This document shows, one piece after another, positions 7,396-15,950 of a stretch of 64,000 nt of DNA; within the stretch, counting starts at the first letter, position 1, and the number at the start of each line of letters is the position of its first letter. Position numbers and translations under genes: made by a program. The notes beneath the pieces were generated by a model. The model had not been told where the DNA came from. It did not search any database and saw only the letters and a program-made list of their open reading frames with translations. The stretch lies in assembly GCA_944325865.1 (NCBI GenBank), contig CALVBS010000003.1:11223-75222 (forward strand), given 5' to 3'. The DNA comes from Candidatus Gastranaerophilales bacterium. Its GTDB lineage: Bacteria; Cyanobacteriota; Vampirovibrionia; Gastranaerophilales; Gastranaerophilaceae.

Positions 7396-9837
7396 ATGAT
7401 TAAAAAATTGACTTCTCCAAAAGCATTGATGGCTCTTCTGGCATCATTGTTTATGGGAATTTCGCCTGCTCTTGCAAGCGAAGCTGATTTAGTAGTCCCT
7501 AGTATCAAAGATATCAGCCCTGACAGTTTTAACCTGCTGTTAATCGGGATTGGTATTTCCGTATTGGGATTGCTATTAGGGTTTATTGAATTTTTAAGAA
7601 TTAAAAAATTGGATGTCCACAAAGCTATGGCTGAGGTTGGAAACACAATTTTTGAAACTTGTAAAACTTACTTGATTCAACAGGGTAAGTTTTTACTTGT
7701 ATTGGAATTATTAATCGGTCTGTGTATTGCTTTCTACTTCGGTTACCTTCAACAGATGGGTATTTCAAGCGTATTAACAATTCTTGGCTGGTCTGTTATC
7801 GGTATCCTTGGTTCTTATGCAGTAGCATGGTTCGGTATCAGAATGAACACTCTTGCGAATGCAAGAACTGCCTTTGTTTCACTTAAAGGCAACCCGCTTG
7901 ATATTTTGAATATTCCTTTAAAAGCCGGTATGTCAATCGGTGTATTGTTAGTATCAGTTGAATTAATATTGATGTTAACAATTCTGTTATTTGTACCCGG
8001 ACATCTTGCCGGAGCATGCTTTATCGGTTTTGCTATCGGTGAATCTTTAGGTGCTTCTGCTCTTCGTGTAGCAGGCGGTATCTTTACTAAAATCGCAGAT
8101 ATCGGTTCTGACTTGATGAAAATTCAATTCGGTATTAAAGAAGATGATCCTAGAAACCCTGGTGTAATCGCAGATTGTACCGGTGATAATGCCGGCGATT
8201 CTGTTGGTCCTACTGCTGACGGTTTCGAAACTTACGGTGTAACCGGTGTTGCTCTTGTTTCATTTATTCTTCTTGCTGTTATCGGCGAAGAAAATCAGGT
8301 TCAGTTATTGACCTGGATATTTGTTATGAGATTCTTAATGATTGTAACTTCTGTAATTGCTTACTGGATTAATGGTATTGCAGACAGAATTTACGCTAAA
8401 AATACAGAAAAATTTGATTTTGAAAGACCTTTGACTAACCTTGTATGGTTAACTTCAATTCTTTCTATCGCAATGACTTTTGGCGTAAGCTACTGGTTAT
8501 TGGCTCCTTTAGGCGGAAATTTATGGTTAGTTCTTTCAGCAATTATTTCTTGCGGTACTTTGGGTGCAGCATTAATTCCTGAATTTACAAAAATCTTTAC
8601 TTCACCTAAAGCTAAACACACAGAAGAAGTTGTTACAGCTTCAAAAGAAGGCGGAGCTTCTTTAACAATCCTTTCAGGTATTGTTGCAGGTAATTTCTCT
8701 GCTTTCTGGATTGGTATGGTTATCGTAATGCTTATGGCTCTTGCTTATGTCGCAAGTTTACATATTCCGGCATCTATGATGTCATACTCCTCAGTATTCG
8801 CATTCGGTCTGGTTGCATTTGGTTTCTTAGGTATGGGACCTGTTACAATCGCTGTTGACAGCTACGGTCCTGTAACCGATAATGCTCAGTCCGTTTATGA
8901 ATTATCATTAATTGAAGAAATTCCGAATGTCGGCGAAGAAATCGAAAAAGAATACGGTTTTAAACCTGACTTTGAAAATGCTAAACAATACCTTGAAGAA
9001 AACGACGGTGCAGGAAATACATTTAAAGCAACTTCAAAACCTGTATTAATCGGTACAGCTGTTGTTGGTGCTACAACAATGATTTTCTCATTAATCCTCG
9101 TTATCCAGAATACTCTTGGTATTCAGCCTGAAGCAATCCTTAATATGTTAAATCCATATACTCTGTTAGGTTTGTTAACAGGCGGTGCGGTAATTTACTG
9201 GTTCAGCGGTGCTTCTATGCAGGCTGTTACAACAGGTGCTTACCGTGCAACTGAATATATTAAAGACAATATTAAACTTGGTGATGCTGATTGTAAATCT
9301 GCAAATGTTGCAAATTCAAAAGAAGTTGTAAAAATTTGTACACAGTACGCTCAAAAAGGTATGATTAATATCTTTATTTCACTCTTTGCATTTGCACTTG
9401 CACTTGCTTGTCTGTCAGCTCCGAACTGCACAAGCTCGGCACCTGTAGCATTCTTCGTAAGCTATCTGATTGCTATTGCTGTATTCGGTCTGTTCCAGGC
9501 TGTATTTATGGCAAATGCCGGCGGATGCTGGGATAATGCTAAGAAAATTGTTGAAGTTGATATGAAAGAAAAGGGCACACCGCTTCATGAAGCAACAGTT
9601 GTCGGTGATACTGTAGGTGATCCATTCAAAGATACATCTTCAGTTGCTATGAACCCGATTATCAAATTCACAACATTATTCGGTCTTCTTGCAATGGAAA
9701 TTGCTATCAGTGAATCTTTCAGAAGCATTGCTCCTATTGCAGGATGGGTATTCCTTATTATTGCTTTGATTTTTGTAGTTCGTTCATTCTACGGAATGAG
9801 AATTCCTTCAAAATCAGAAGAAAGCAAAGCCGAATAG
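7396..9837 (+). CDS. hppA: Membrane-bound proton/sodium-translocating pyrophosphatase
   Basis: Multi-TM ORF with M-PPase motifs GGIFTKIADIGSDL, EDDPRNPGVIADCTGDNAGD, GNTFKATSKP and DTVGDPFKDTSSVAMNP. ATG7396 follows an AAGGGAG SD; the ORF-track ATG7381 has none. Confidence 0.9.
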   Translation: MIKKLTSPKALMALLASLFMGISPALASEADLVVPSIKDISPDSFNLLLIGIGISVLGLLLGFIEFLRIKKLDVHKAMAEVGNTIFETCKTYLIQQGKFLLVLELLIGLCIAFYFGYLQQMGISSVLTILGWSVIGILGSYAVAWFGIRMNTLANARTAFVSLKGNPLDILNIPLKAGMSIGVLLVSVELILMLTILLFVPGHLAGACFIGFAIGESLGASALRVAGGIFTKIADIGSDLMKIQFGIKEDDPRNPGVIADCTGDNAGDSVGPTADGFETYGVTGVALVSFILLAVIGEENQVQLLTWIFVMRFLMIVTSVIAYWINGIADRIYAKNTEKFDFERPLTNLVWLTSILSIAMTFGVSYWLLAPLGGNLWLVLSAIISCGTLGAALIPEFTKIFTSPKAKHTEEVVTASKEGGASLTILSGIVAGNFSAFWIGMVIVMLMALAYVASLHIPASMMSYSSVFAFGLVAFGFLGMGPVTIAVDSYGPVTDNAQSVYELSLIEEIPNVGEEIEKEYGFKPDFENAKQYLEENDGAGNTFKATSKPVLIGTAVVGATTMIFSLILVIQNTLGIQPEAILNMLNPYTLLGLLTGGAVIYWFSGASMQAVTTGAYRATEYIKDNIKLGDADCKSANVANSKEVVKICTQYAQKGMINIFISLFAFALALACLSAPNCTSSAPVAFFVSYLIAIAVFGLFQAVFMANAGGCWDNAKKIVEVDMKEKGTPLHEATVVGDTVGDPFKDTSSVAMNPIIKFTTLFGLLAMEIAISESFRSIAPIAGWVFLIIALIFVVRSFYGMRIPSKSEESKAE

Positions 9838-9860
9838 TAATACTGGGTTAAAATAAAAAA

Positions 9861-9889
9861 TCCCGTCTGTTTCAGACGGGATTTTTTTT
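9861..9889 (+). terminator. Rho-independent terminator after hppA
   Basis: TCCCGTCT / AGACGGGA 8-bp stem, 5-nt loop, followed by T8. Confidence 0.85.
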
Positions 9890-10245
9890 GAGAGTAATGA
9901 CAACAACCAATACAATGACATAATGCGGTTTGTCTTTCAAAGGAATCTGTATGGCTGGTAAGCGGGTAGTTTTCACGTTGTCCACTTTTTTAAGGAGGGT
10001 AACGTGGATTTTGTAGAACAAGTGTGTAAGCATGATACTTTTTCATGACTCCAGTTTGGTCTTGCAATGCACAGAATTGTACTTATGAATCTCAAAACCG
10101 GTCTCAGGAAAAGCCAGCAGTAGGTATTGATTTGATTGTATATGCAAAATCGTTGAAGATGGTTTGCAAATAAAAGATGACTATCCCTGGTAAATTTTTG
10201 TGTTATACTAAAGCTAAAGAAGATAATAGTAAGGAAGTGAATAGT
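9890..10245 (+). other. Long non-coding leader or possible structured RNA upstream of the activase gene (unassigned)
   Basis: About 350 nt without a credible ORF, locally GC-richer than neighbouring spacers. Contains a hairpin TCCAC(9981-9985)/GTGGA(10004-10008) enclosing AAGGAGGG, and a 14-codon mini-ORF 10004..10048. No known RNA family could be matched by eye. Confidence 0.3.
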
Positions 10246-11250
10246 ATGACATTAACAGTATATTTAGGGATAGATGTGGGGTCAGTTACTACAAAGCTGG
10301 CTTTAGTTGATGAAAACGGAAAGTATGTTGACAGCTATATGCTCAGAACTTCTGGTAAACCTGTTTTAGCTGTCCAAAACGGACTAAAAGAGTTGTATAA
10401 GAAAAAATTGACCGATTATAACGTAATGGGTGTTGGAACGACAGGTTCAGGCAGAAATCTCGCAGGTGCGTTAGTTGGTGCTGATATTATTAAAAATGAA
10501 ATTACGGCACATGCTGTCGCTGCAAGTATTAACGTTCCCGGGGTTCAAACAATTCTTGAAATCGGAGGGCAGGACAGTAAAATTATTATTCTCCGTGATG
10601 GTATTGTAACTGATTTTGCGATGAATACGGTTTGTGCGGCGGGTACTGGAAGTTTCCTTGACCAGCAGGCAAACAGGCTTAATGTTCCGATTGAAATTTT
10701 CGGTGAAACTGCTTTAAAATCCACTAATCCCGCTCGTATAGCCGGTCGATGCGGAGTTTTTGCTGAAAGTGATTTGATTCATAAACAGCAGCTTGGATAT
10801 CCGGTGGAAGACCTGCTTTATGGTCTTTGTCAGGCTCTTGTCAGAAATTATTTATCAAATTTAGCCCTCGGTAAAGAATTACTTCCTATAATTACATTCC
10901 AGGGTGGTGTTGCTACAAATTCGGGTATGGTTAAGGCCTTTGAAGAAGCTCTCGGCCAAAAGATTGTAGTACCGGAAAACCACCAGACAATGGGGGCCAT
11001 TGGTGCAGCGTTGCTTGCTATGGAAAATCATCAATATACAGAAGCTCAAACAAAATTTAAAGGCTGGGAAGTCGGTGATATGCACTTCCATTCCATAACT
11101 TGTGAATGTAACGGATGTTCAAATAATTGCGAAGTTATTACAATTCTTGAAGGTGAAACTGAGGTTCCGCATTACGAAAAGATTAAAGATATCAAGGGCA
11201 ATATTATTGCACGTTGGGGCGGAACATGCGGACGTTGGGATATTTCTTAA
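10246..11250 (+). CDS. BadF/BadG/BcrA/BcrD-type ATPase (CoA-substrate-specific enzyme activase, HgdC-like) with Cys-rich C-terminal tail
   Basis: LGIDVGSVTTK, TGSGR, GGQDSK and CAAGTGSFLD actin-fold ATPase motifs typical of dehydratase/reductase activases. C-terminal CECNGCSNNCEV...GGTCGRW. ATG10246 follows AAGGAAG; the ORF-track start 10177 has no SD. Confidence 0.85.
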   Translation: MTLTVYLGIDVGSVTTKLALVDENGKYVDSYMLRTSGKPVLAVQNGLKELYKKKLTDYNVMGVGTTGSGRNLAGALVGADIIKNEITAHAVAASINVPGVQTILEIGGQDSKIIILRDGIVTDFAMNTVCAAGTGSFLDQQANRLNVPIEIFGETALKSTNPARIAGRCGVFAESDLIHKQQLGYPVEDLLYGLCQALVRNYLSNLALGKELLPIITFQGGVATNSGMVKAFEEALGQKIVVPENHQTMGAIGAALLAMENHQYTEAQTKFKGWEVGDMHFHSITCECNGCSNNCEVITILEGETEVPHYEKIKDIKGNIIARWGGTCGRWDIS

Positions 11251-11344
11251 AAATGTTAAGAATGTAAAGATTTTTATAAATTTTGAAAAAGCTCTCTTAA
11301 AAAATACTTTATGTTTATAGAGTATAAAATAAGAGGGCTTTATT

Positions 11345-12382
11345 ATGGCTGATATCTCAGTTGGCAACGGACAAGGTATAACACAGGCTATCGCAAGTAA
11401 ATTAGGCTTGAGTAAGACGGATTGTAAAAATATTAAGGCATCTACCTGGCAGTCTGTTATGTCTCTTGTTGATCAGGCTAATACAGCGAGTATCCAAAAT
11501 AATAAAGGAAGCATATTCGGCGGAGGTAATAATGTAAACAATATTACCAATAAAGCCTCCTGGAAGACTGCTTTTAAGGTTCAGGCCGGTCAAACAATGC
11601 AGATTGATGATTCGGTATTTGGTAAGATAAAACAACTTTTAACGGCTTCAAAAGCAGATGCAGCAGCGGCGACTGCAGCAACTGCTCAAACGACTCAAAC
11701 TTCATCCGTGTCTCAAACAGGAGCAACAGAAGCTGCAAATGCCGCTGCAACTTCTTCTGGTGTAGTTGACTCTTCCGGAGTTTACAGAACTTCAACTCCG
11801 GTATTGGTTGCGGATACCCCGATTGAAGGTGATGCTAAAACAGGTAAGGCTGCAGCACAGACTTTAGATAATATGTTAACAAGCGGTACCGGTGAAATTA
11901 ATTTTACCTCGGAAGAATGGAGAGAACTTGCAGCAAAACCGAATAAAACGCCGGAAGAAATCCAAAAGCTTGATACAGAATATAATACAAATATTCAAAA
12001 ACTGGGAAATTCAATGACAAAATATATTTCCGAAACATTTGCAAACGGAGGAGATATTGACAGTGCTGCGTTTATGCAATTCCAGAATAACGGTGCAATG
12101 AATTTAGAAGGTCTTACGGCTGAAGAGAAATCAACACTTGAGACTTCTAACCAGATTGCATTTAATCGTATTGATGTAAATGGTGACGGCAAGATAGATA
12201 ACAAAGAAATGACGGCATTTATGCATGCACTTGATTTTGACGATAAGAACAGAATGGGTGGTGTCATAAAAGCTGAAGATTATTATAATTGTGCATCTCA
12301 GCTTGATGATCCTAATCAGAATCTTCTTGATACCAAAATTAACTACTGTTATAACAAGCTGTATGGAAATGAAGAAGAATAG
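11345..12382 (+). CDS. Hypothetical protein with conserved N-terminal domain and canonical C-terminal EF-hand
   Basis: 345 aa. EF-hand loop DVNGDGKIDNKE. Paralog of 12468..13553 (shared GQGITQAIA..LGL.K.DC..IK.STWQSVM.LVD.ANT and QI.DSVF.KIK.LLT). Confidence 0.7.
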   Translation: MADISVGNGQGITQAIASKLGLSKTDCKNIKASTWQSVMSLVDQANTASIQNNKGSIFGGGNNVNNITNKASWKTAFKVQAGQTMQIDDSVFGKIKQLLTASKADAAAATAATAQTTQTSSVSQTGATEAANAAATSSGVVDSSGVYRTSTPVLVADTPIEGDAKTGKAAAQTLDNMLTSGTGEINFTSEEWRELAAKPNKTPEEIQKLDTEYNTNIQKLGNSMTKYISETFANGGDIDSAAFMQFQNNGAMNLEGLTAEEKSTLETSNQIAFNRIDVNGDGKIDNKEMTAFMHALDFDDKNRMGGVIKAEDYYNCASQLDDPNQNLLDTKINYCYNKLYGNEEE

Positions 12383-12414
12383 TTAACATTTTGTAATTAA
12401 ATAAGCAATTTTTT

Positions 12415-12459
12415 CCCGTAAAAATACTTTATTAAAGTATATATTAGTAAATTTACGGG
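12415..12459 (+). promoter_or_regulatory. Hairpin between the EF-hand paralogs whose 3' arm covers the SD of the second gene
   Basis: CCCGTAAA (12415-12422) pairs with TTTACGGG (12452-12459). It encloses the palindrome ATACTTTA-T-TAAAGTAT. The ACGGGGA SD of ATG12468 lies in the 3' arm. No T-run. Confidence 0.4.
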
Positions 12460-12467
12460 GATTAATT

Positions 12468-13553
12468 ATGGAAATAAGTATTTCAAAAGGACAGGGGATT
12501 ACTCAGGCTATTGCCGCAAATTTAGGATTAAATAAAGACGATTGCAGAAGTATAAAACTTTCTACATGGCAATCTGTTATGACTCTTGTTGATGAAGCTA
12601 ATACAAAAAGATTACAGAATAATCAATCAAGCATTTTTACAGGAGGAAACGATGTTTCAAGTATTGGAGACAGTTCAACATGGCACTCTAATTTCCATGT
12701 AAATGCAGGCGATGTTATGCAGATTGAAGATTCTGTTTTTAATAAGATAAAAGAACTACTCACAGGGAAAAAAGAAGAAGTTCAACAAGCTGAAGAGCAA
12801 CAGGTTGAACCTCCTGTTTCTGAAGAGCAGTCTCAAAAGACTGAAGTTTCCAAAGGTGAAGAAACAACAATAAAACCTGCACCTTCTGATGCTGCCCATG
12901 CGGATGAACAGACTGCAGAAGTAAATGCTCCGGAAGAAACGGAACAGGCTCAGCAGATTGAAACACAAGACTATAAACTGGGTGAAAAGCTCGACACTAT
13001 GTTTAAAGAAATGGGTGAATTTGATGAAAAAGGTCATGTTAAAGATATTTCTATAGATATTACTGATGATGATTGGAGACAGCTTGCCGGTAAAAAAGAT
13101 AAAACTGAAGAAGAAAAGAAATTTCTCGATACGGATTATAAAGAATCCGTAAAACGATTAGGTTTGGCTTATCATACATATATTGACAAAAAATTCGGCA
13201 ATAATAACGGTTTAATCGATAAAGAAGAATATTCCTCATTTGAAAGTACCGGTGTGCCGGAAGAATTAAAATCAGATGAAGAAGCAATGGCTCAGGTTAA
13301 AGAAATTACGAATATCGGTTTTGACAGACTTGATTTAAATAAAGATAATCAGATTGATTACGAAGAACTTTCTGCATACATTCATGCTATGGATTTCGGC
13401 ACTGAAGAAGGAAAGTCAAACGGTTTGAACGGTAAAATCAGTGCGTATGATTTTATGGTAAACAGTCTTGCACTTTCCAAAAAAGAGAAAAGTAAGCTTG
13501 ATGAAAAATTAGCTTATGCTTATAATGCTTTATTCGGTAAAAAAGTTGCGTAA
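12468..13553 (+). CDS. Hypothetical EF-hand protein, tandem paralog of 11345..12382
   Basis: 361 aa. EF-hand loop DLNKDNQIDYEE. Same N-terminal domain, acidic E/Q-rich linker. Confidence 0.7.
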   Translation: MEISISKGQGITQAIAANLGLNKDDCRSIKLSTWQSVMTLVDEANTKRLQNNQSSIFTGGNDVSSIGDSSTWHSNFHVNAGDVMQIEDSVFNKIKELLTGKKEEVQQAEEQQVEPPVSEEQSQKTEVSKGEETTIKPAPSDAAHADEQTAEVNAPEETEQAQQIETQDYKLGEKLDTMFKEMGEFDEKGHVKDISIDITDDDWRQLAGKKDKTEEEKKFLDTDYKESVKRLGLAYHTYIDKKFGNNNGLIDKEEYSSFESTGVPEELKSDEEAMAQVKEITNIGFDRLDLNKDNQIDYEELSAYIHAMDFGTEEGKSNGLNGKISAYDFMVNSLALSKKEKSKLDEKLAYAYNALFGKKVA

Positions 13554-13592
13554 TCCTTTTAAAAGCACTAATCTTTATGATAAAATACTGTT

Positions 13593-14264
13593 ATGAACGA
13601 ATTGTATTCTTCAATAGAAAATTTACGCAGTGAATACAGAGAAATTTTTAAAAAATCTCTTGCCGAAATTGCAAATAGGATTGATGAACTTCGTCCGGAT
13701 GGGCTTGATGCTGATGTTACAGATAAATTTCCTGTAAATTCTGATGGTGCATTGTGGCAGACGAAGGTTCTTGATATGCTGGAAAACGATATCTCAAAAG
13801 AGGTTTACAGAAAATATAAAGAAATCCTTGCTTATCGTTCTCAATTTAAGTGTGTAGGCTGTGCAACCTGCTGCAATCTGGCCTGCAGCGAATTTTCTCC
13901 TGTAGAACTTAAACAAAAAGCGGAAAATGGTGATAATTTTGCAGCACAGTTTTTGAGTGTATTTGTTCCGTATGCATCAAAAGAAGATGCACGAAAAGTG
14001 TATCCGGAATACATTAAAATGCTTGAGGAAAACAAGGAAGACAATGTATATTTTTACCATTGTCCTAAGTTAACGGAAGATAAACGGTGTTCTGATTATG
14101 AGAACCGTCCGCAGATTTGCAGAGATTTTCCGGATAATCCTTTGAGTATCCTTCCGAAATCTTGCGGTTACAAACAATGGAAAGATGAAATTGAACCTCT
14201 TGCATTGATGTTGCATTCTATGGTTGAGATTATAGAATATTACAAGGAAAAGATTCCTCAATAA
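13593..14264 (+). CDS. YkgJ-family (CxxCxxCC) cysteine-cluster protein
   Basis: 223 aa. CVGCATCC motif plus HCPKL...RCSDYENRPQICRDFP, typical of UPF0153/YkgJ. Confidence 0.7.
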   Translation: MNELYSSIENLRSEYREIFKKSLAEIANRIDELRPDGLDADVTDKFPVNSDGALWQTKVLDMLENDISKEVYRKYKEILAYRSQFKCVGCATCCNLACSEFSPVELKQKAENGDNFAAQFLSVFVPYASKEDARKVYPEYIKMLEENKEDNVYFYHCPKLTEDKRCSDYENRPQICRDFPDNPLSILPKSCGYKQWKDEIEPLALMLHSMVEIIEYYKEKIPQ

Positions 14265-14300
14265 ATATTGGTTCGTGCGAAATATAATACGGGAAATTGT

Positions 14301-15320
14301 ATGAAAATTTTATCAGGATTAACACTAAAAGAAATAGAGGAAATAACGGATGAATTAAAAGCCTCAAAATTCAGGGCAAGACAAATTCATAACTGGATTT
14401 ATCTGAAATCTGTTAAAAGTATTGACGAAATGACTGATTTATCCGTGAAATTCAGAGATGAACTGAAAAAAGTCGCGGTTGTATCGGATGTAAAAATAAA
14501 AGTTAAACAGGAAAGTTCTGACGGAACCTTGAAGTATCTTCTTGAATATCCGGACGGGGAGTGTGTTGAAACTGTTTTGATGAGATTTGATAACAGAGCA
14601 AATTTAACAGCCTGTGTAAGTTCTCAGGTTGGTTGTGCCGTTAATTGTTCATTTTGTGCTACGGGAAAACGAGGATTTATCAGAAATCTTTCGTATAAAG
14701 AGATTATTGAACAGGTGCTTACAATTCAAAGAGATACCGGACTAAAAGTTACAAATGTTGTTTTTATGGGGCAGGGTGAACCTTTGCTTAACCTTGATAA
14801 TGTATTAAAAGCAATGGAACTGTTTAACGAAAGTTTTCAAATAGGAGCGAGACGCTTAACTGTTTCTACAAGCGGTATTATCCCGCAGATTAACAGGCTT
14901 GCAGAGCTTGATATGCAATCAACTTTGGCTTTGTCCCTGCATGCCCCGAACCATGAAATCAGACGGAAGTTAATGCAGATTGAAGATAAATATAATATGA
15001 ATGACCTGCATAATGCTCTAAAAAATTACGTTGATAAAACAGGTCGCAGAATTACTATAGAATACCTTTTAATAAAAGATTTAAATGATACGATAGAAAG
15101 TGCAAAAGAGCTTGCATACTATCTCAAAGATATTAAATGCAATGTTAATTTAATTCCATATAATCCGACGGCGAAAAATGATTATCAAAGACCTTCAAAC
15201 AACGCAATTATGAAGTTTAAGTATTTACTGGAGCATTCCGGTAAAAAAGTTACGGTGAGACTGGAGCGGGGAGCAGATATTGATGCGGCCTGCGGGCAGT
15301 TAAGCGGTAAAGCTGACTAA
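14301..15320 (+). CDS. rlmN: 23S rRNA/tRNA adenine-C2 methyltransferase, radical SAM
   Basis: CVSSQVGCAVNCSFCATG radical-SAM cluster, KFRARQIHNWIY N-terminal motif, C-terminal DIDAACGQL. ATG14301 preferred over the track's TTG14268. Confidence 0.92.
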   Translation: MKILSGLTLKEIEEITDELKASKFRARQIHNWIYLKSVKSIDEMTDLSVKFRDELKKVAVVSDVKIKVKQESSDGTLKYLLEYPDGECVETVLMRFDNRANLTACVSSQVGCAVNCSFCATGKRGFIRNLSYKEIIEQVLTIQRDTGLKVTNVVFMGQGEPLLNLDNVLKAMELFNESFQIGARRLTVSTSGIIPQINRLAELDMQSTLALSLHAPNHEIRRKLMQIEDKYNMNDLHNALKNYVDKTGRRITIEYLLIKDLNDTIESAKELAYYLKDIKCNVNLIPYNPTAKNDYQRPSNNAIMKFKYLLEHSGKKVTVRLERGADIDAACGQLSGKAD

Positions 15321-15348
15321 TAAGTTTAGAAAACGGTGGAGAAAGTAA

Positions 15349-15786
15349 ATGAAAGCATTAATTCAGAGAGTAAAAGAAGCCTCGGTATCGGTTGAAGGTG
15401 AACTATATTCAAAAATCAATAAAGGTATATTGATTCTTCTTGGGGTTGAAAAAAACGATGAAATTCAAAATGCCGAAAAACTTGCTCAAAAAGTCGTAAA
15501 ACTTCGTATTTTTGAAGATGAAAACGAAAAAATGAATCTTTCCGTTACTGATATAAAAGGTGAAGTTATGATAGTGTCGCAGTTTACATTATGCGGAGAC
15601 TGCCAAAAAGGAACAAGGCCGTCTTTTGATAATGCAGCTCCACCGGATAAGGCAGTTAAACTTTATGAAGATTTTGTAAAATTTATAAAATCTTCCGGTT
15701 TACATGTTGAAACAGGGAAATTTCGTGCAATGATGGATGTTTCACTTATTAATGACGGGCCTGTGACTTTTATGGTAGAAAAGTAA
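15349..15786 (+). CDS. dtd: D-aminoacyl-tRNA deacylase
   Basis: 145 aa. MKALIQRV...VSQFTL...GxRPSF...NDGPVTF family pattern. Confidence 0.95.
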   Translation: MKALIQRVKEASVSVEGELYSKINKGILILLGVEKNDEIQNAEKLAQKVVKLRIFEDENEKMNLSVTDIKGEVMIVSQFTLCGDCQKGTRPSFDNAAPPDKAVKLYEDFVKFIKSSGLHVETGKFRAMMDVSLINDGPVTFMVEK

Positions 15787-15811
15787 ATTTGAAAAATTAT
15801 TACAAATCTAC

Positions 15812-15840
15812 TTGCATATATTTACATTTTGTGTTATAGT
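15812..15840 (+). promoter_or_regulatory. Candidate sigma70-type promoter
   Basis: TTGCAT, 17-nt spacer, TATAGT, about 110 nt upstream of ATG15951. Confidence 0.35.
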
Positions 15841-15950
15841 ATTAGTATTAAATATATAGTTTATTGAATTATTTTATTACCGAGGAGTAATTACTTTATA
15901 ACTAGTTGATATTTTATGTTTATGATTTTTAATTAAGAGGCTTTCAAATT

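Noticed and set aside
9890-10245. Naming the long leader as a TPP, cobalamin, c-di-GMP-I or ykkC riboswitch, or as SRP or 6S RNA
   Set aside because: Only partial resemblances were found (for example GCCAGCAGTAGG versus the TPP GCCAGCGTAGGGA, and GGTAAGCGGGTAG versus the GEMM-I 3' part). The obligatory partner motifs (CUGAGA, GGGGUGC, B12 box, GGAA tetraloop helix 8) are absent. It is kept as an unassigned candidate only.
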